A DNA stretch of 55,124 bases, from IMG/VR virus record IMGVR_UViG_3300030104_000130, positions 1-55,124 of that record. The stretch is one strand, 5' to 3'. A program made the position numbers and the translations under genes. The DNA comes from a virus (Duplodnaviria; Caudoviricetes). Under the pieces are notes generated by a model, which saw only the letters and a list, made by a program, of their open reading frames with translations, was not told the origin of the DNA and made no database searches. Within the stretch, counting starts at the first letter, position 1. Each line of letters begins with the position of its first letter. This document shows positions 26,316-35,701 of the stretch, one piece after another.

Positions 26316-26510
26316 ATGACAGTACAAGATTTAATAGATAATCTAAACACTATCACTGACAAAACTTTAAATGTTCGTGTGTTAGAAAACAATCCTAATA
26401 ACTCTGATTATAATTTAGAAAATTATTGGGTAGATAAAATTGATGTAGCTAACACAGGACAAAGTGGATACGAACTACAAGGTGAAGTTGTTTTAGTTGG
26501 AGAAGCTTAA
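26316..26510 (+). CDS. Hypothetical protein
   Basis: MTVQDLIDNL N-terminus typical of small phage proteins. Confidence 0.6.
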   Translation: MTVQDLIDNLNTITDKTLNVRVLENNPNNSDYNLENYWVDKIDVANTGQSGYELQGEVVLVGEA

Positions 26511-27007
26511 TGAACATATTTTATTTTGATGAGTGTCCTATTATATCAGCAGAAGCACAGCCAGATAAAATGCTAGTCAAGATGCCACTAGAAACAGCAC
26601 AGATGTTATGCACAGCACACCGAGAACTAGATGGTGATGAGTACGCAGATGCTAATGGACTTTACAAACGTGCCTACTGGAATCACCCATGTACTATATG
26701 GGCTAGAGAATCTAGCTCTAACTACTCATGGTTGTATCGACACTTCCTAGCACTAGGTTTGGAGTATGAGTATAGGTATGGTAGGAAACATGCAAGTGTT
26801 GTCAAGCTAGAAGAACCATTGAGTAAGATGCCTGACAACATTACACATACAAGTCTTACACCACTAGCACAGGCTATGCCTGAGGAGTATAAGAATGAGG
26901 ATGCTATTGTTGCTTATCGTGATTACTGCATTAACGAAAAACACTATGCCAAATGGGAACGAGGTAGAACTAAGCCTATATGGTGGACAACACAGGAGGT
27001 TGCATGA
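26510..27007 (+). CDS. Pyrimidine-dimer DNA glycosylase / endonuclease V family
   Basis: MNIFY..., VKMPLETAQML.TAH, HPCTIWA, EY.YRYG..H. Confidence 0.8.
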   Translation: MNIFYFDECPIISAEAQPDKMLVKMPLETAQMLCTAHRELDGDEYADANGLYKRAYWNHPCTIWARESSSNYSWLYRHFLALGLEYEYRYGRKHASVVKLEEPLSKMPDNITHTSLTPLAQAMPEEYKNEDAIVAYRDYCINEKHYAKWERGRTKPIWWTTQEVA

Positions 27008-27225
27008 ATTATATATACGAAAGAATGATGGCTGAAGGAGAGACAGCTATCTTTGATAAGGATGATCTACGTAAGTTTGAAAGTTATGTAGCTGATCATT
27101 ACACAGAATTCTATGAGGGTAAAGCTTCTTATGAAGTAAAGAAAGATGGTGATAAGTTTTTAGTTACTTTATTTGAAAACCCTGTGATAAGTATGGAAGA
27201 AATATTGCTTGACATTCAAGACTAA
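27004..27225 (+). CDS. Hypothetical protein
   Basis: AGGAGG RBS before MNYIY. Confidence 0.65.
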   Translation: MNYIYERMMAEGETAIFDKDDLRKFESYVADHYTEFYEGKASYEVKKDGDKFLVTLFENPVISMEEILLDIQD

Positions 27226-27237
27226 TTCTGTTATACT
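27209..27237 (+). promoter_or_regulatory. Sigma70 promoter for replication module
   Basis: TTGACA-17-TATACT. Confidence 0.8.
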
Positions 27238-27381
27238 TTGTATCACAATGAGCAACCAAACATATCAAGCCCTCTATCTCCAATTGAACAGATGGTTTGG
27301 TGCAGTTAATGCTGTGGCTTCTAGGGTAGCTACTCACAACCCTTCCAACTTCACAACAACGCTATAAAGGAGGAAACGCAT

Positions 27382-27798
27382 ATGGCAATATTAGAAGGAA
27401 CAGCGTATTGGGCTAGTATAACGACACCTAATACGACATTTGAACCCGTGTACACAGTCAACCTAGTAGTTGATGATGAGACTGCAAATGACTTTGCATC
27501 TCGTGGACACAAAGTAAAGCAGATGGATGAAGGTCCAGCTTTAATTATCAAACGAAAAGTAAATGGTCCTAACGGAATGGTTAGACCTGCACCTCGTTTG
27601 ATGAACACTGATAAGCAGGAAGTCACAACTGCTGTTGGTAATGGATCAAAAATTAAAGTCCAGTACAACGAATATAGTGGCGAAGGTAAGTTTGGTCCTT
27701 ATCAAGGATTAGATTTACAGGCAGTAATGATTACCGATCTTGTGCCTTACAAGAATGGTGATGGTGATGAGTTCTTATCCGATGGAGAGGAATTCTAA
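27382..27798 (+). CDS. Single-stranded DNA-binding protein (T7 gp2.5-like)
   Basis: VGNGSKIKV, LQAVMI; acidic tail ending in Phe; AGGAGG RBS. Confidence 0.8.
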   Translation: MAILEGTAYWASITTPNTTFEPVYTVNLVVDDETANDFASRGHKVKQMDEGPALIIKRKVNGPNGMVRPAPRLMNTDKQEVTTAVGNGSKIKVQYNEYSGEGKFGPYQGLDLQAVMITDLVPYKNGDGDEFLSDGEEF

Positions 27799-28040
27799 TG
27801 ATTATTACTATCAACAATGATGATGGTACTACCAACTTTGATGTCAATAATATTAGTGACGATGCTGTAAAGCAAGAAGCAACTGTTATTGTGCAGAAGG
27901 TTGGTAACCTACAGGTTGTCATTGAAGCCTTAGACTTTGCTAGTCGTACTCACAGAGCTAACTTAGAAGAGTTACTCAAGGGTAGAGACGAAGCTATAGT
28001 CGAACCAGCCGAAGAGACTGATAAAGAATCTTCAAAATAA
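27798..28040 (+). CDS. Hypothetical protein
   Basis: GAGG RBS, TAATG coupling. Confidence 0.7.
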   Translation: MIITINNDDGTTNFDVNNISDDAVKQEATVIVQKVGNLQVVIEALDFASRTHRANLEELLKGRDEAIVEPAEETDKESSK

Positions 28041-28089
28041 ATAACTCGGCTAGGTGTAAAAGCCTAGCCACATTTCTAAAGGAGATAGA

Positions 28090-29751
28090 ATGCAAGAACA
28101 AAGTAAATTCGTACGACACAAATTACCCTGCCCATCATGTGGTGGCTCTGACCCTGTGTCTATGAACGAGGACAAGTCTGCTCATTGCTTTAGCTGTGAG
28201 ACACACTTCCCTAATTATATTGATGCTTGTGATGGTAAAATTATGGACACAAATCCTAAACCTAAAGTAAGTAATACTTTTCTTAACACATATACTGGTA
28301 GCTTTGGTGCTCTTACAGACAGATGTATTTCTGAAGACACAGCTAAGAAGTATGGAGTAAGAAGAGTAGTAAGTACAGATAATAAAGTATCTCAACATAT
28401 ATATCCATTCTTCAATGGTAACGAAGTGGTTGGGACTAAGACACGTTTTGTAGACAACAAGAACTTTGCATTTGCAGGTACATATGAAGGCACTGGTTTA
28501 TTTGGGGAACAGTTGTTCCGAAATACTGGTGGTAAATACTTGACAATTGTCGAAGGTGAGTGTGATGCTATGGCTGCTTATGAATTGATGCAGTCAAAGT
28601 GGGCATGTGTCTCGTTAAAGCGTGGTGCATCAGGTGCTGTTAAAGATATACGAGAAAGCATTGAGTTTGTTGAATCATTTGAGAACGTAGTATTATGTTT
28701 TGATAATGACAAGGCAGGTAAAGAAGCAGCTAGAAAAGTTGCTCGTATATTAAAACCCGGCAAGGCTAAGATAGTTACACTACCTACAGGATGTAAAGAT
28801 GCTAACGATATGCTTAGACAAAAGAAGTTTCAAGACTTCATGTCTGCATGGTGGGAAGCTAGAACTTACACACCATCAGGTATTATGGACTTGTCTGCTA
28901 AAAAGTCTGAGTGGTTACACCGAGAGACTAAGGAGAGCATTGCTTATCCTTGGGAAGGTCTTAACAAGAAACTATTTGGTATGCGTAAAGGTGAGCTAGT
29001 AACTCTTACAGGTGGTACAGGACTAGGTAAGTCTAGTGTGACTCGTGAGCTAGAACACTGGCTGATCAAGAACACCGAAGACAACGTGGGTATCGTAGCT
29101 CTTGAAGAAAACTGGTTACGAACTGCTGATGGTATTATATCTATTGAAGCTAATGATCGAGTGTATCTTAACGAGAGACGAGAACAGTATAGTGAAGAAC
29201 AACTAACTAATCTATTTGATAAAGTCATACCCAAAGGTCGTGTATTTATTCATGCCCATCTTGGAGTCACAGATATTGATGAAGTATTTTCTAAGCTACG
29301 TTATATTATTGTGGGCTGTGAATGTAAGTGGGTGGTTGTAGATCATCTACATATGCTAGTCAATGTCATGGGTGAAGGTGATGAACGTAGAGGTATTGAT
29401 TCACTGATGAATAGATTACGTAGTCTTGTTGAAGAAACAGGAGTAGGTATGATACTTGTATCTCATTTACGTAGAGCATCAGGTGATAAAGGACATGAGC
29501 AAGGGATTGAAGTATCTCTTTCACACCTCAAAGGTTCAGCAGGTATAGCACAACTATCTGATTGTGTGATTGCATTAGAACGTAATCAACAAGCAGAGAA
29601 TCAAGACGAAGCTAACACTACGAAGGTACGTGTACTTAAATCAAGATACACAGGTGATACTGGATTAGCCTGTAGCTTACGATACAACAACGAAACCGGC
29701 AGACTGTTTGAATTAACAGAGGAGGAAACATTTGACAACACAGAATTCTAA
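28090..29751 (+). CDS. Primase-helicase (T7 gp4-like)
   Basis: CPSC..CFSC zinc finger, TOPRIM EGECD/FDND, GGTGLGKS, VVDHL, VSHL. Confidence 0.95.
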   Translation: MQEQSKFVRHKLPCPSCGGSDPVSMNEDKSAHCFSCETHFPNYIDACDGKIMDTNPKPKVSNTFLNTYTGSFGALTDRCISEDTAKKYGVRRVVSTDNKVSQHIYPFFNGNEVVGTKTRFVDNKNFAFAGTYEGTGLFGEQLFRNTGGKYLTIVEGECDAMAAYELMQSKWACVSLKRGASGAVKDIRESIEFVESFENVVLCFDNDKAGKEAARKVARILKPGKAKIVTLPTGCKDANDMLRQKKFQDFMSAWWEARTYTPSGIMDLSAKKSEWLHRETKESIAYPWEGLNKKLFGMRKGELVTLTGGTGLGKSSVTRELEHWLIKNTEDNVGIVALEENWLRTADGIISIEANDRVYLNERREQYSEEQLTNLFDKVIPKGRVFIHAHLGVTDIDEVFSKLRYIIVGCECKWVVVDHLHMLVNVMGEGDERRGIDSLMNRLRSLVEETGVGMILVSHLRRASGDKGHEQGIEVSLSHLKGSAGIAQLSDCVIALERNQQAENQDEANTTKVRVLKSRYTGDTGLACSLRYNNETGRLFELTEEETFDNTEF

Positions 29752-31477
29752 AATTATATTTGACATAGAATGCGATGGTCTAAAACCAACTAAACTACAT
29801 TGTATTGTAGCAAAAGAATTAGGTGGTCAGGTACATGAGTTTCCACCCAACAGACTTGCAGAAGGTTTAGCCTTTCTTAGTACTGCCGATACATTAATCG
29901 GACACAACATCTTACGCTTTGATTTAGATGTTATTAAAAAATTAACTGGTGTAGATTTATATACTAAAAATATTGAAGATACTCTTGTTATGTCTAGGTT
30001 GTTTAAACCTATTAGAGAAAATGGACATAGTTTAAAAACATGGGGATATCGTGTAAACTTTACAAAACAAGAACAACCTCTTAACTTTGATGAGTACACA
30101 CCACAAATGCTAGAGTATTGTGTGAATGATGTAAAACTTAATGAGTTAGTTTACTATAGATTACTTCAAGAAAAAACTGGATTTAGTCAACAATCAATTG
30201 ATCTTGAACATAGGGTTGCTCAAATAATATCTGATCAAGAAAATAATGGCTTTAAGTTTGATGAAAGAAAAGCTACGATATTACTTGCTGATCTTCAAGC
30301 TAAGATGTATGAAGTAACCAGTGAAGTACAAACCACATTTAAACCTAAAATGACTGATGTAAAATTAGTTACACCTAAAATTAAAAAAGATGGTGGATTA
30401 TCTAAATCAGGTTTGACTGCTGAAGAATATGAAAGATTAATTAAAAGTGGTGATCGTAAACCATTTATGAGACAAGAACTAAAACCTTTTAATCTTGGTA
30501 GTCGTAAACAGATCGGTGAATATTTAGTAGAATTTGGTTGGAAACCAAAAAGATTTACTGCAACTGGTCAAGCTATTGTAGACGAAGGTACGCTTAAAAA
30601 GATTACTCACATACACGAAGCTAAACTGATTGCAGACTTCTTGTTGTATCAAAAGCGTATAGCTCAAATACAATCATGGTTAGATGCACTCGAAGATGAT
30701 GGTAGAGTACATGGTTCAGTCATTCCTAACGGAACTATTACTGGTCGTATGTCTCACAACCATCCAAACATGGCTCAGATACCAGCAGTATACAGTCCTT
30801 TTGGTAAAGATTGTAGAGCTTGTTGGACCGTAGATGAAGGTAATGTTTTACTTGGAGTGGATGCTTCAGGACTAGAACTTAGAATGTTAGCACACTATAT
30901 GAACGATAAGGAGTACATACATGAAGTGGTCAACGGAGACATACACACAACTAATCAAAAACTTGCAGGACTTGAATCAAGAGATACAGCAAAGACTTTC
31001 ATCTATGCCCTCGTATACGGAGCAGGAGATGAAAAGATTGGGAGTGTGGTTGGAGGATCAAGAAAGCAGGGTAAAGAACTTAAAGAACGCTTTCTTAGTA
31101 ATCTCCCCACATTTAAAACTCTTAAGGAAAAAGTACAAGGAGCTGCAAGGAGAGGATATTTAATGGGAATAGATGGTCGTAAGATTTATATACGACATGA
31201 ACACGCTGCATTAAATAGTTTACTACAAGGTGGTGGTGCTATTGTAATGAAGAAAGCATTAGCTATACTTGCAAATAGATTAGAGTTAAGCAGTACAGCA
31301 TTTAAGTTTGTTGCTAATATTCATGATGAATGGCAAATAGAAGTTGCTGAATGTAGAGCTAATAAAGTCGGACAACTTGCAGTACAAAGTATTATTGATG
31401 CAGGAGAACATTTTAATATGAGATGTCCTCTTGATGGTGAATATAAAATAGGAGGAGATTGGAGTGAAACACACTAA
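29732..31477 (+). CDS. DNA polymerase family A (T7 gp5-like)
   Basis: Exo DIE, GHN..FD; motif A DASGLELR, motif B KTFIYALVYG, motif C HDE. Confidence 0.95.
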   Translation: MTTQNSKIIFDIECDGLKPTKLHCIVAKELGGQVHEFPPNRLAEGLAFLSTADTLIGHNILRFDLDVIKKLTGVDLYTKNIEDTLVMSRLFKPIRENGHSLKTWGYRVNFTKQEQPLNFDEYTPQMLEYCVNDVKLNELVYYRLLQEKTGFSQQSIDLEHRVAQIISDQENNGFKFDERKATILLADLQAKMYEVTSEVQTTFKPKMTDVKLVTPKIKKDGGLSKSGLTAEEYERLIKSGDRKPFMRQELKPFNLGSRKQIGEYLVEFGWKPKRFTATGQAIVDEGTLKKITHIHEAKLIADFLLYQKRIAQIQSWLDALEDDGRVHGSVIPNGTITGRMSHNHPNMAQIPAVYSPFGKDCRACWTVDEGNVLLGVDASGLELRMLAHYMNDKEYIHEVVNGDIHTTNQKLAGLESRDTAKTFIYALVYGAGDEKIGSVVGGSRKQGKELKERFLSNLPTFKTLKEKVQGAARRGYLMGIDGRKIYIRHEHAALNSLLQGGGAIVMKKALAILANRLELSSTAFKFVANIHDEWQIEVAECRANKVGQLAVQSIIDAGEHFNMRCPLDGEYKIGGDWSETH

Positions 31478-31778
31478 AGAACATTCAACAAATAGAAAGG
31501 GAGACCTTGCAGAATATTATGCTGTAACTTGGTTATGGGATAATGGATACGAAGTATTTAAAAATTGTGGGTGTGATGGATTTATTGACTTGGTTGTCAG
31601 AGACCCTAAAGGAAAAATTACACTTGTAGATGTTAAGAGTGCTCGTAAAGATAATCGAAAAGAAAATTGCTGGACATCTAGAACTACAAGAACAAAAGAA
31701 CAAATAAAAGCAGACGTAAAATATCTTTTGTTTATGCCTGAAACAAGAAAATTAAGGTGGGTAAATCATGACAAATAA
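31464..31778 (+). CDS. Small PD-(D/E)xK endonuclease
   Basis: KGDLAE...GYEVF...IDLV...VDVKS. Confidence 0.7.
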   Translation: MKHTKEHSTNRKGDLAEYYAVTWLWDNGYEVFKNCGCDGFIDLVVRDPKGKITLVDVKSARKDNRKENCWTSRTTRTKEQIKADVKYLLFMPETRKLRWVNHDK

Positions 31779-32574
31779 AAAAGAACTTGACAACTTGGTG
31801 ACGGACAACTATAATAAGTTTAAGTCTGAATCAGGACACTGGTATACCCAAGAAGGTGAGCCTATGTACACTATCATAGGTGCTAATGGTAAAGAAAGAA
31901 ACACTACACTTCGAGATGCAAAGTCTTTAGGCTTAGTTCCGTCTGTTACAACCATCATGGGTATTGTAGCTAAACCATCTTTAGAAACTTGGAAACAAAA
32001 ACAATTACTGAATTCTTTTCTAAAATTAAAAAGAGGAGAAGACGAAACTGTTGAGTCTTTTTATTACAGATGTCAAACAGATTCTAAACAAGTAGGTATT
32101 CAAGCTGCCCAGCAAGGGACAAAAATACATGGTATGATTGAGAAAGGATTTTTAGGTAAGTCTAAAAGCAAACCTTACAAAGCAATCAAGAAATACTTGG
32201 ATGAAACTTTTCCTAATGAAGAGTGGATAGCAGAAGATTCTTTCTGTGCTGATGAGGGTTATGGTGGTAAGATAGACTTGTATTCTAAGTCAGGAATATT
32301 CATAGATTTTAAAACAAAAGATAACTTAAAAGGAAAAGAACCATCTAGATTAGTTTTTGATGAACATGGAATGCAGTTGTCAGCTTATGCTCAAGGTTGT
32401 GGCTTCGATGATGTTGAACGAGTATCTATTTTTGTAGACAGAAAAGATACCGGTCTTATTGTTCCGTTTATTTGGGACAAAGAATCACACACTAAACACT
32501 TAGGAATGTTTAATGCTATGCTAACTTATTGGAAGTTAGTCAAGAACTATGACTCATCTAGGCTTGTATTATAA
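31768..32574 (+). CDS. PD-(D/E)xK exonuclease (RecB/Cas4-like fold)
   Basis: PSVTT, GTKIH, YGGKIDL, IDFKT, QLSAYA. Confidence 0.8.
   Translation: MTNKKELDNLVTDNYNKFKSESGHWYTQEGEPMYTIIGANGKERNTTLRDAKSLGLVPSVTTIMGIVAKPSLETWKQKQLLNSFLKLKRGEDETVESFYYRCQTDSKQVGIQAAQQGTKIHGMIEKGFLGKSKSKPYKAIKKYLDETFPNEEWIAEDSFCADEGYGGKIDLYSKSGIFIDFKTKDNLKGKEPSRLVFDEHGMQLSAYAQGCGFDDVERVSIFVDRKDTGLIVPFIWDKESHTKHLGMFNAMLTYWKLVKNYDSSRLVL
31787..31815 (+). promoter_or_regulatory. Perfect sigma70 promoter inside 5' end of exonuclease ORF
   Basis: TTGACA-17-TATAAT. Confidence 0.65.
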
Positions 32575-33023
32575 TGGTAGGATTTAGAAAACCTCGTAAA
32601 CCAAGACCTAAAAAAACAGGTGTTCCTAAAGGCTACGATAGTTTATGGGAAGTTAAACTACACGAGACAGTTCTAAAAGATTGGAAACATCATTGGGAAC
32701 TGTTTGACTACATTGTTAAACATAAATATGAGCCGGACTTTGTTAAAGTAATTAATGGTCAAACTATATTATTAGAAGCAAAAGGAAGGTTTTGGGATTA
32801 TGCTGAGTACAGTAAATATATTTGGATAAGAGAAGCTTTATCAGAACAAGTAGGAGAGTTTGAATTAGTATTTTTATTTCAAAAACCTTTTGCACCTATG
32901 CCCGGAGCAAAGGTAAGAAAAGATGGAACAAAAAGAACCCATGCTGAGTGGGCTGAAACAAATAATTTTAGATGGTATCGTGAAGAAACTTTACCGAAGG
33001 AGTGGAGAACAGATGGATTATAA
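32574..33023 (+). CDS. Endonuclease I / Holliday-junction resolvase (T7 gp3-like)
   Basis: YDSLWE, YEPDF, LEAKGRF, WAE.NNF.W. Confidence 0.8.
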   Translation: MVGFRKPRKPRPKKTGVPKGYDSLWEVKLHETVLKDWKHHWELFDYIVKHKYEPDFVKVINGQTILLEAKGRFWDYAEYSKYIWIREALSEQVGEFELVFLFQKPFAPMPGAKVRKDGTKRTHAEWAETNNFRWYREETLPKEWRTDGL

Positions 33024-33285
33024 ATTTAATGAACGTAGACATATAATTGAACTAAAAGAATACATTGATGGTACATATGGTGAGCATTATGCTTCTGATA
33101 AGTATCAGGCTACTGATGTAATCATTGACTCAGGTCATGGTGAAGGTTTTTGTATGGGTAATATTTTAAAATATGCAAAAAGGTATGGTAATAAAGAAGG
33201 AAAGAACAGAAAAGACTTGCTAAAAATATTACATTATGCTATAATAATGCTTGACATTCATGATAAGGAGTCACAGAATGGTTGA
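33013..33285 (+). CDS. DUF3310-like protein
   Basis: HY...GFCMGNILKY..RY..K...DLLK..HY; GGAG RBS before MDYKF. Confidence 0.7.
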   Translation: MDYKFNERRHIIELKEYIDGTYGEHYASDKYQATDVIIDSGHGEGFCMGNILKYAKRYGNKEGKNRKDLLKILHYAIIMLDIHDKESQNG

Positions 33286-35173
33286 TGATAAAGTAGGTAT
33301 CAAGGAATATCTTGGTATAAAAATTAATTACAGTAATGAAAAACTATTAGATAAGTTTAGCCTTGACACACTCAAGGATAGATACTTATGGGAGAATGAA
33401 ACACATGCACAAGAAGCCTTCGCAAGAGCATCAGTCTTCGCAGCTACATATAAAGGTCACACAGACTTTGAATTGGCTCAAAGGCTTTATCACTACAGTT
33501 CCAATTTGTGGTTCATGTTTAGCACTCCTATACTTAGTAACGGGGGAACAAGTCGTGGGCTTCCTATTAGCTGTTTCCTTAATTATGTACCTGATAGCAG
33601 GAATGGTTTATCAGATCACTATGATGAAAATATATGGTTGGCATCTTCGGGTGGAGGTATTGGTGGATATTGGGGTGACGTTAGGAGTAACGGTATATCT
33701 ACTACTCACGGGAGTCGTTCTACTGGTTCAATTCCTTTCATTCATGTCGTAGACTCACAGATGTTAGCATTCAATCAAGGCACTACAAGACGTGGTTCTT
33801 ATGCTGCATATATGGACATATCTCATCCGGAGATTGAAGAGTTTATTAACATGCGTAAAGAATCAGGTGGAGATATTAATCGTAAGAATCTTAATCTTCA
33901 CAACGGTATTAACATTACCAATGAGTTCTTGAAAGCTGTTGAAGAAGATGCAGACTTTAGATTGATTGACCCTAAGACTAACGAGCCTACTAAAATTGTA
34001 AATGCTCGAGACTTATGGTGGCAGATTATCAATGCAAGAGCAGAGACAGGTGAGCCTTACATGATCAACATAGATACATGTAATGAAGCTTTACCTAAAG
34101 AACAAAAAGATTTAGGATTAGAAATTAAACAGAGCAACCTATGTTCTGAAATTACTTTACCTACTAACGAAGAACGAACAGCAGTGTGTTGTTTGTCTTC
34201 TGTAAACTTAGAATACTTTGATGATTGGAGTGAGAACCCTTTGTTCATTGAAGACTTAATAACTATGTTGGACAATGTACTTCAACATTATATAGATCAT
34301 GCAGTAGACACAGACAGTCTAGGAGAATACAATGCAAATTTTAAAAGGTTTCAAAAACACATTAAGCCGGGTAAAGAAGGGTTTCTTAAATCTGCCTACT
34401 CAGCATATAGAGAAAGGTCGTTGGGTCTTGGTGCGATGGGTTTCCACTCTTACCTCCAGTCTAGAAGTATTCCATTTGAAGGCATCTTTGCTACGGGGTT
34501 TAATTACAAAGCATTTAAACACATTAAGAGACATTCGCTTAGAGCAACTGAAAGACTTGCTGACGAACGTGGTGAGTCACCTGATATCAGTGGTAGTGGT
34601 AAGCGTAATGCTCATCTACTCGCTGTTGCTCCTAACGCTTCTTCTAGCATCATATGTGGTGGGACATCTCCTTCGATTGAGCCATACAGGGCTAACGTTT
34701 ATACGCACAAGACTCTCTCAGGTTCGTTCCAAGTTAAGAACAAATACTTAGAAGAGGTTTTAAATAACAAAGGATTAAAAAAAGATGAACTAACAGCACT
34801 ATGGAAAGACATTGCAGGTCATGATGGTTCGGTACAGCACTTAGATATTCTTACAGATGATGAAAAAGAAATATTTAAAACTGCTACTGAAATAGATCAG
34901 ATATGGATTATTGAACATGCAGCTAAAAGACAAGAGTTTATTTGTCAAGCACAATCAGTTAATCTTTTCTTTACACTCCCAAAAGCTACAGAGCCACAAG
35001 AAGTACACGATGAGTATATGCAGTATGTTAATGATGTGCACTGGTATGGTATGAACAAACTTAAATCTTTATATTACTTTAGAACTAATGCTGCTCGTAA
35101 TGCAGAGAATGTAAATACTAAAGTACAACGTATAAAATTAGACGATGCTGAATGTATCGCATGTGAGGGATAG
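33278..35173 (+). CDS. nrdA: Ribonucleotide reductase class Ia alpha subunit
   Basis: PISCFL, SNLCSEI, APNASSS, SLYY, C-terminal CIACEG. Confidence 0.95.
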   Translation: MVDDKVGIKEYLGIKINYSNEKLLDKFSLDTLKDRYLWENETHAQEAFARASVFAATYKGHTDFELAQRLYHYSSNLWFMFSTPILSNGGTSRGLPISCFLNYVPDSRNGLSDHYDENIWLASSGGGIGGYWGDVRSNGISTTHGSRSTGSIPFIHVVDSQMLAFNQGTTRRGSYAAYMDISHPEIEEFINMRKESGGDINRKNLNLHNGINITNEFLKAVEEDADFRLIDPKTNEPTKIVNARDLWWQIINARAETGEPYMINIDTCNEALPKEQKDLGLEIKQSNLCSEITLPTNEERTAVCCLSSVNLEYFDDWSENPLFIEDLITMLDNVLQHYIDHAVDTDSLGEYNANFKRFQKHIKPGKEGFLKSAYSAYRERSLGLGAMGFHSYLQSRSIPFEGIFATGFNYKAFKHIKRHSLRATERLADERGESPDISGSGKRNAHLLAVAPNASSSIICGGTSPSIEPYRANVYTHKTLSGSFQVKNKYLEEVLNNKGLKKDELTALWKDIAGHDGSVQHLDILTDDEKEIFKTATEIDQIWIIEHAAKRQEFICQAQSVNLFFTLPKATEPQEVHDEYMQYVNDVHWYGMNKLKSLYYFRTNAARNAENVNTKVQRIKLDDAECIACEG

Positions 35174-35174
35174 T

Positions 35175-35330
35175 ATGGGTTGTTGGCACTGTGGAACAGA
35201 ATTAATATGGGGTGGAGATCACGACATAGAAGATGAGAACGATGAATACATGATAGTAACCAATCTTAGTTGCCCAAACTGTAATAGTTATATAGAAGTT
35301 TATTACCCAAAAGAAAAGGACAAAGAATGA
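35175..35330 (+). CDS. Small CxxC...CxxC zinc-ribbon protein
   Basis: CWHC...LIWGGD...CPNC. Confidence 0.7.
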   Translation: MGCWHCGTELIWGGDHDIEDENDEYMIVTNLSCPNCNSYIEVYYPKEKDKE

Positions 35331-35506
35331 AACAATCAGAATTTAAATATATATTCAGACCTGAATTTGAAGGCTTTACAATTAGAATGTGGTTAGATTA
35401 TTGTGATGAACACAGAGACCCATTCTCAAAAACAAAAGATTACGCAGGATACGTAATTGAAAATTTAAAATATTTAGTTAAGAGATTTAACAAGGAGAAA
35501 AAATGA
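35327..35506 (+). CDS. Hypothetical protein, 59 aa (not in ORF track)
   Basis: MKQSEF..RMWLDYCDE; ATGA overlaps on both sides. Confidence 0.6.
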   Translation: MKQSEFKYIFRPEFEGFTIRMWLDYCDEHRDPFSKTKDYAGYVIENLKYLVKRFNKEKK

Positions 35507-35700
35507 GTTGTTTATTATACCAAGCTTTAGAAATAAAATATCAAGCAGAAAAAGCAGAAGCAAAAGCTAATCTTGAAGTATACTTTCAAAACAAAGTAGG
35601 TGTTGCAGAACACCCTAATGTTATTGAATCTATGGATAAACTTATAGAGCAATACGCAAACGCTGACGAAAAATTAAAAACATTACAAGAGGAATTTTAA
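35503..35700 (+). CDS. Small conserved-looking phage protein
   Basis: VGVAEHP motif; AAGGAG RBS. Confidence 0.7.
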   Translation: MSCLLYQALEIKYQAEKAEAKANLEVYFQNKVGVAEHPNVIESMDKLIEQYANADEKLKTLQEEF

Positions 35701-35701
35701 C

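Noticed and set aside
29732-31477. Assignment to HMO-2011-type phages or Autographiviridae
   Set aside because: No DnaJ-type zinc finger in the polymerase and no single-subunit RNA polymerase
31768-32574. Cas4 / CRISPR-associated function
   Set aside because: Lacks the four-Cys Fe-S pattern and sits in ordinary replication context
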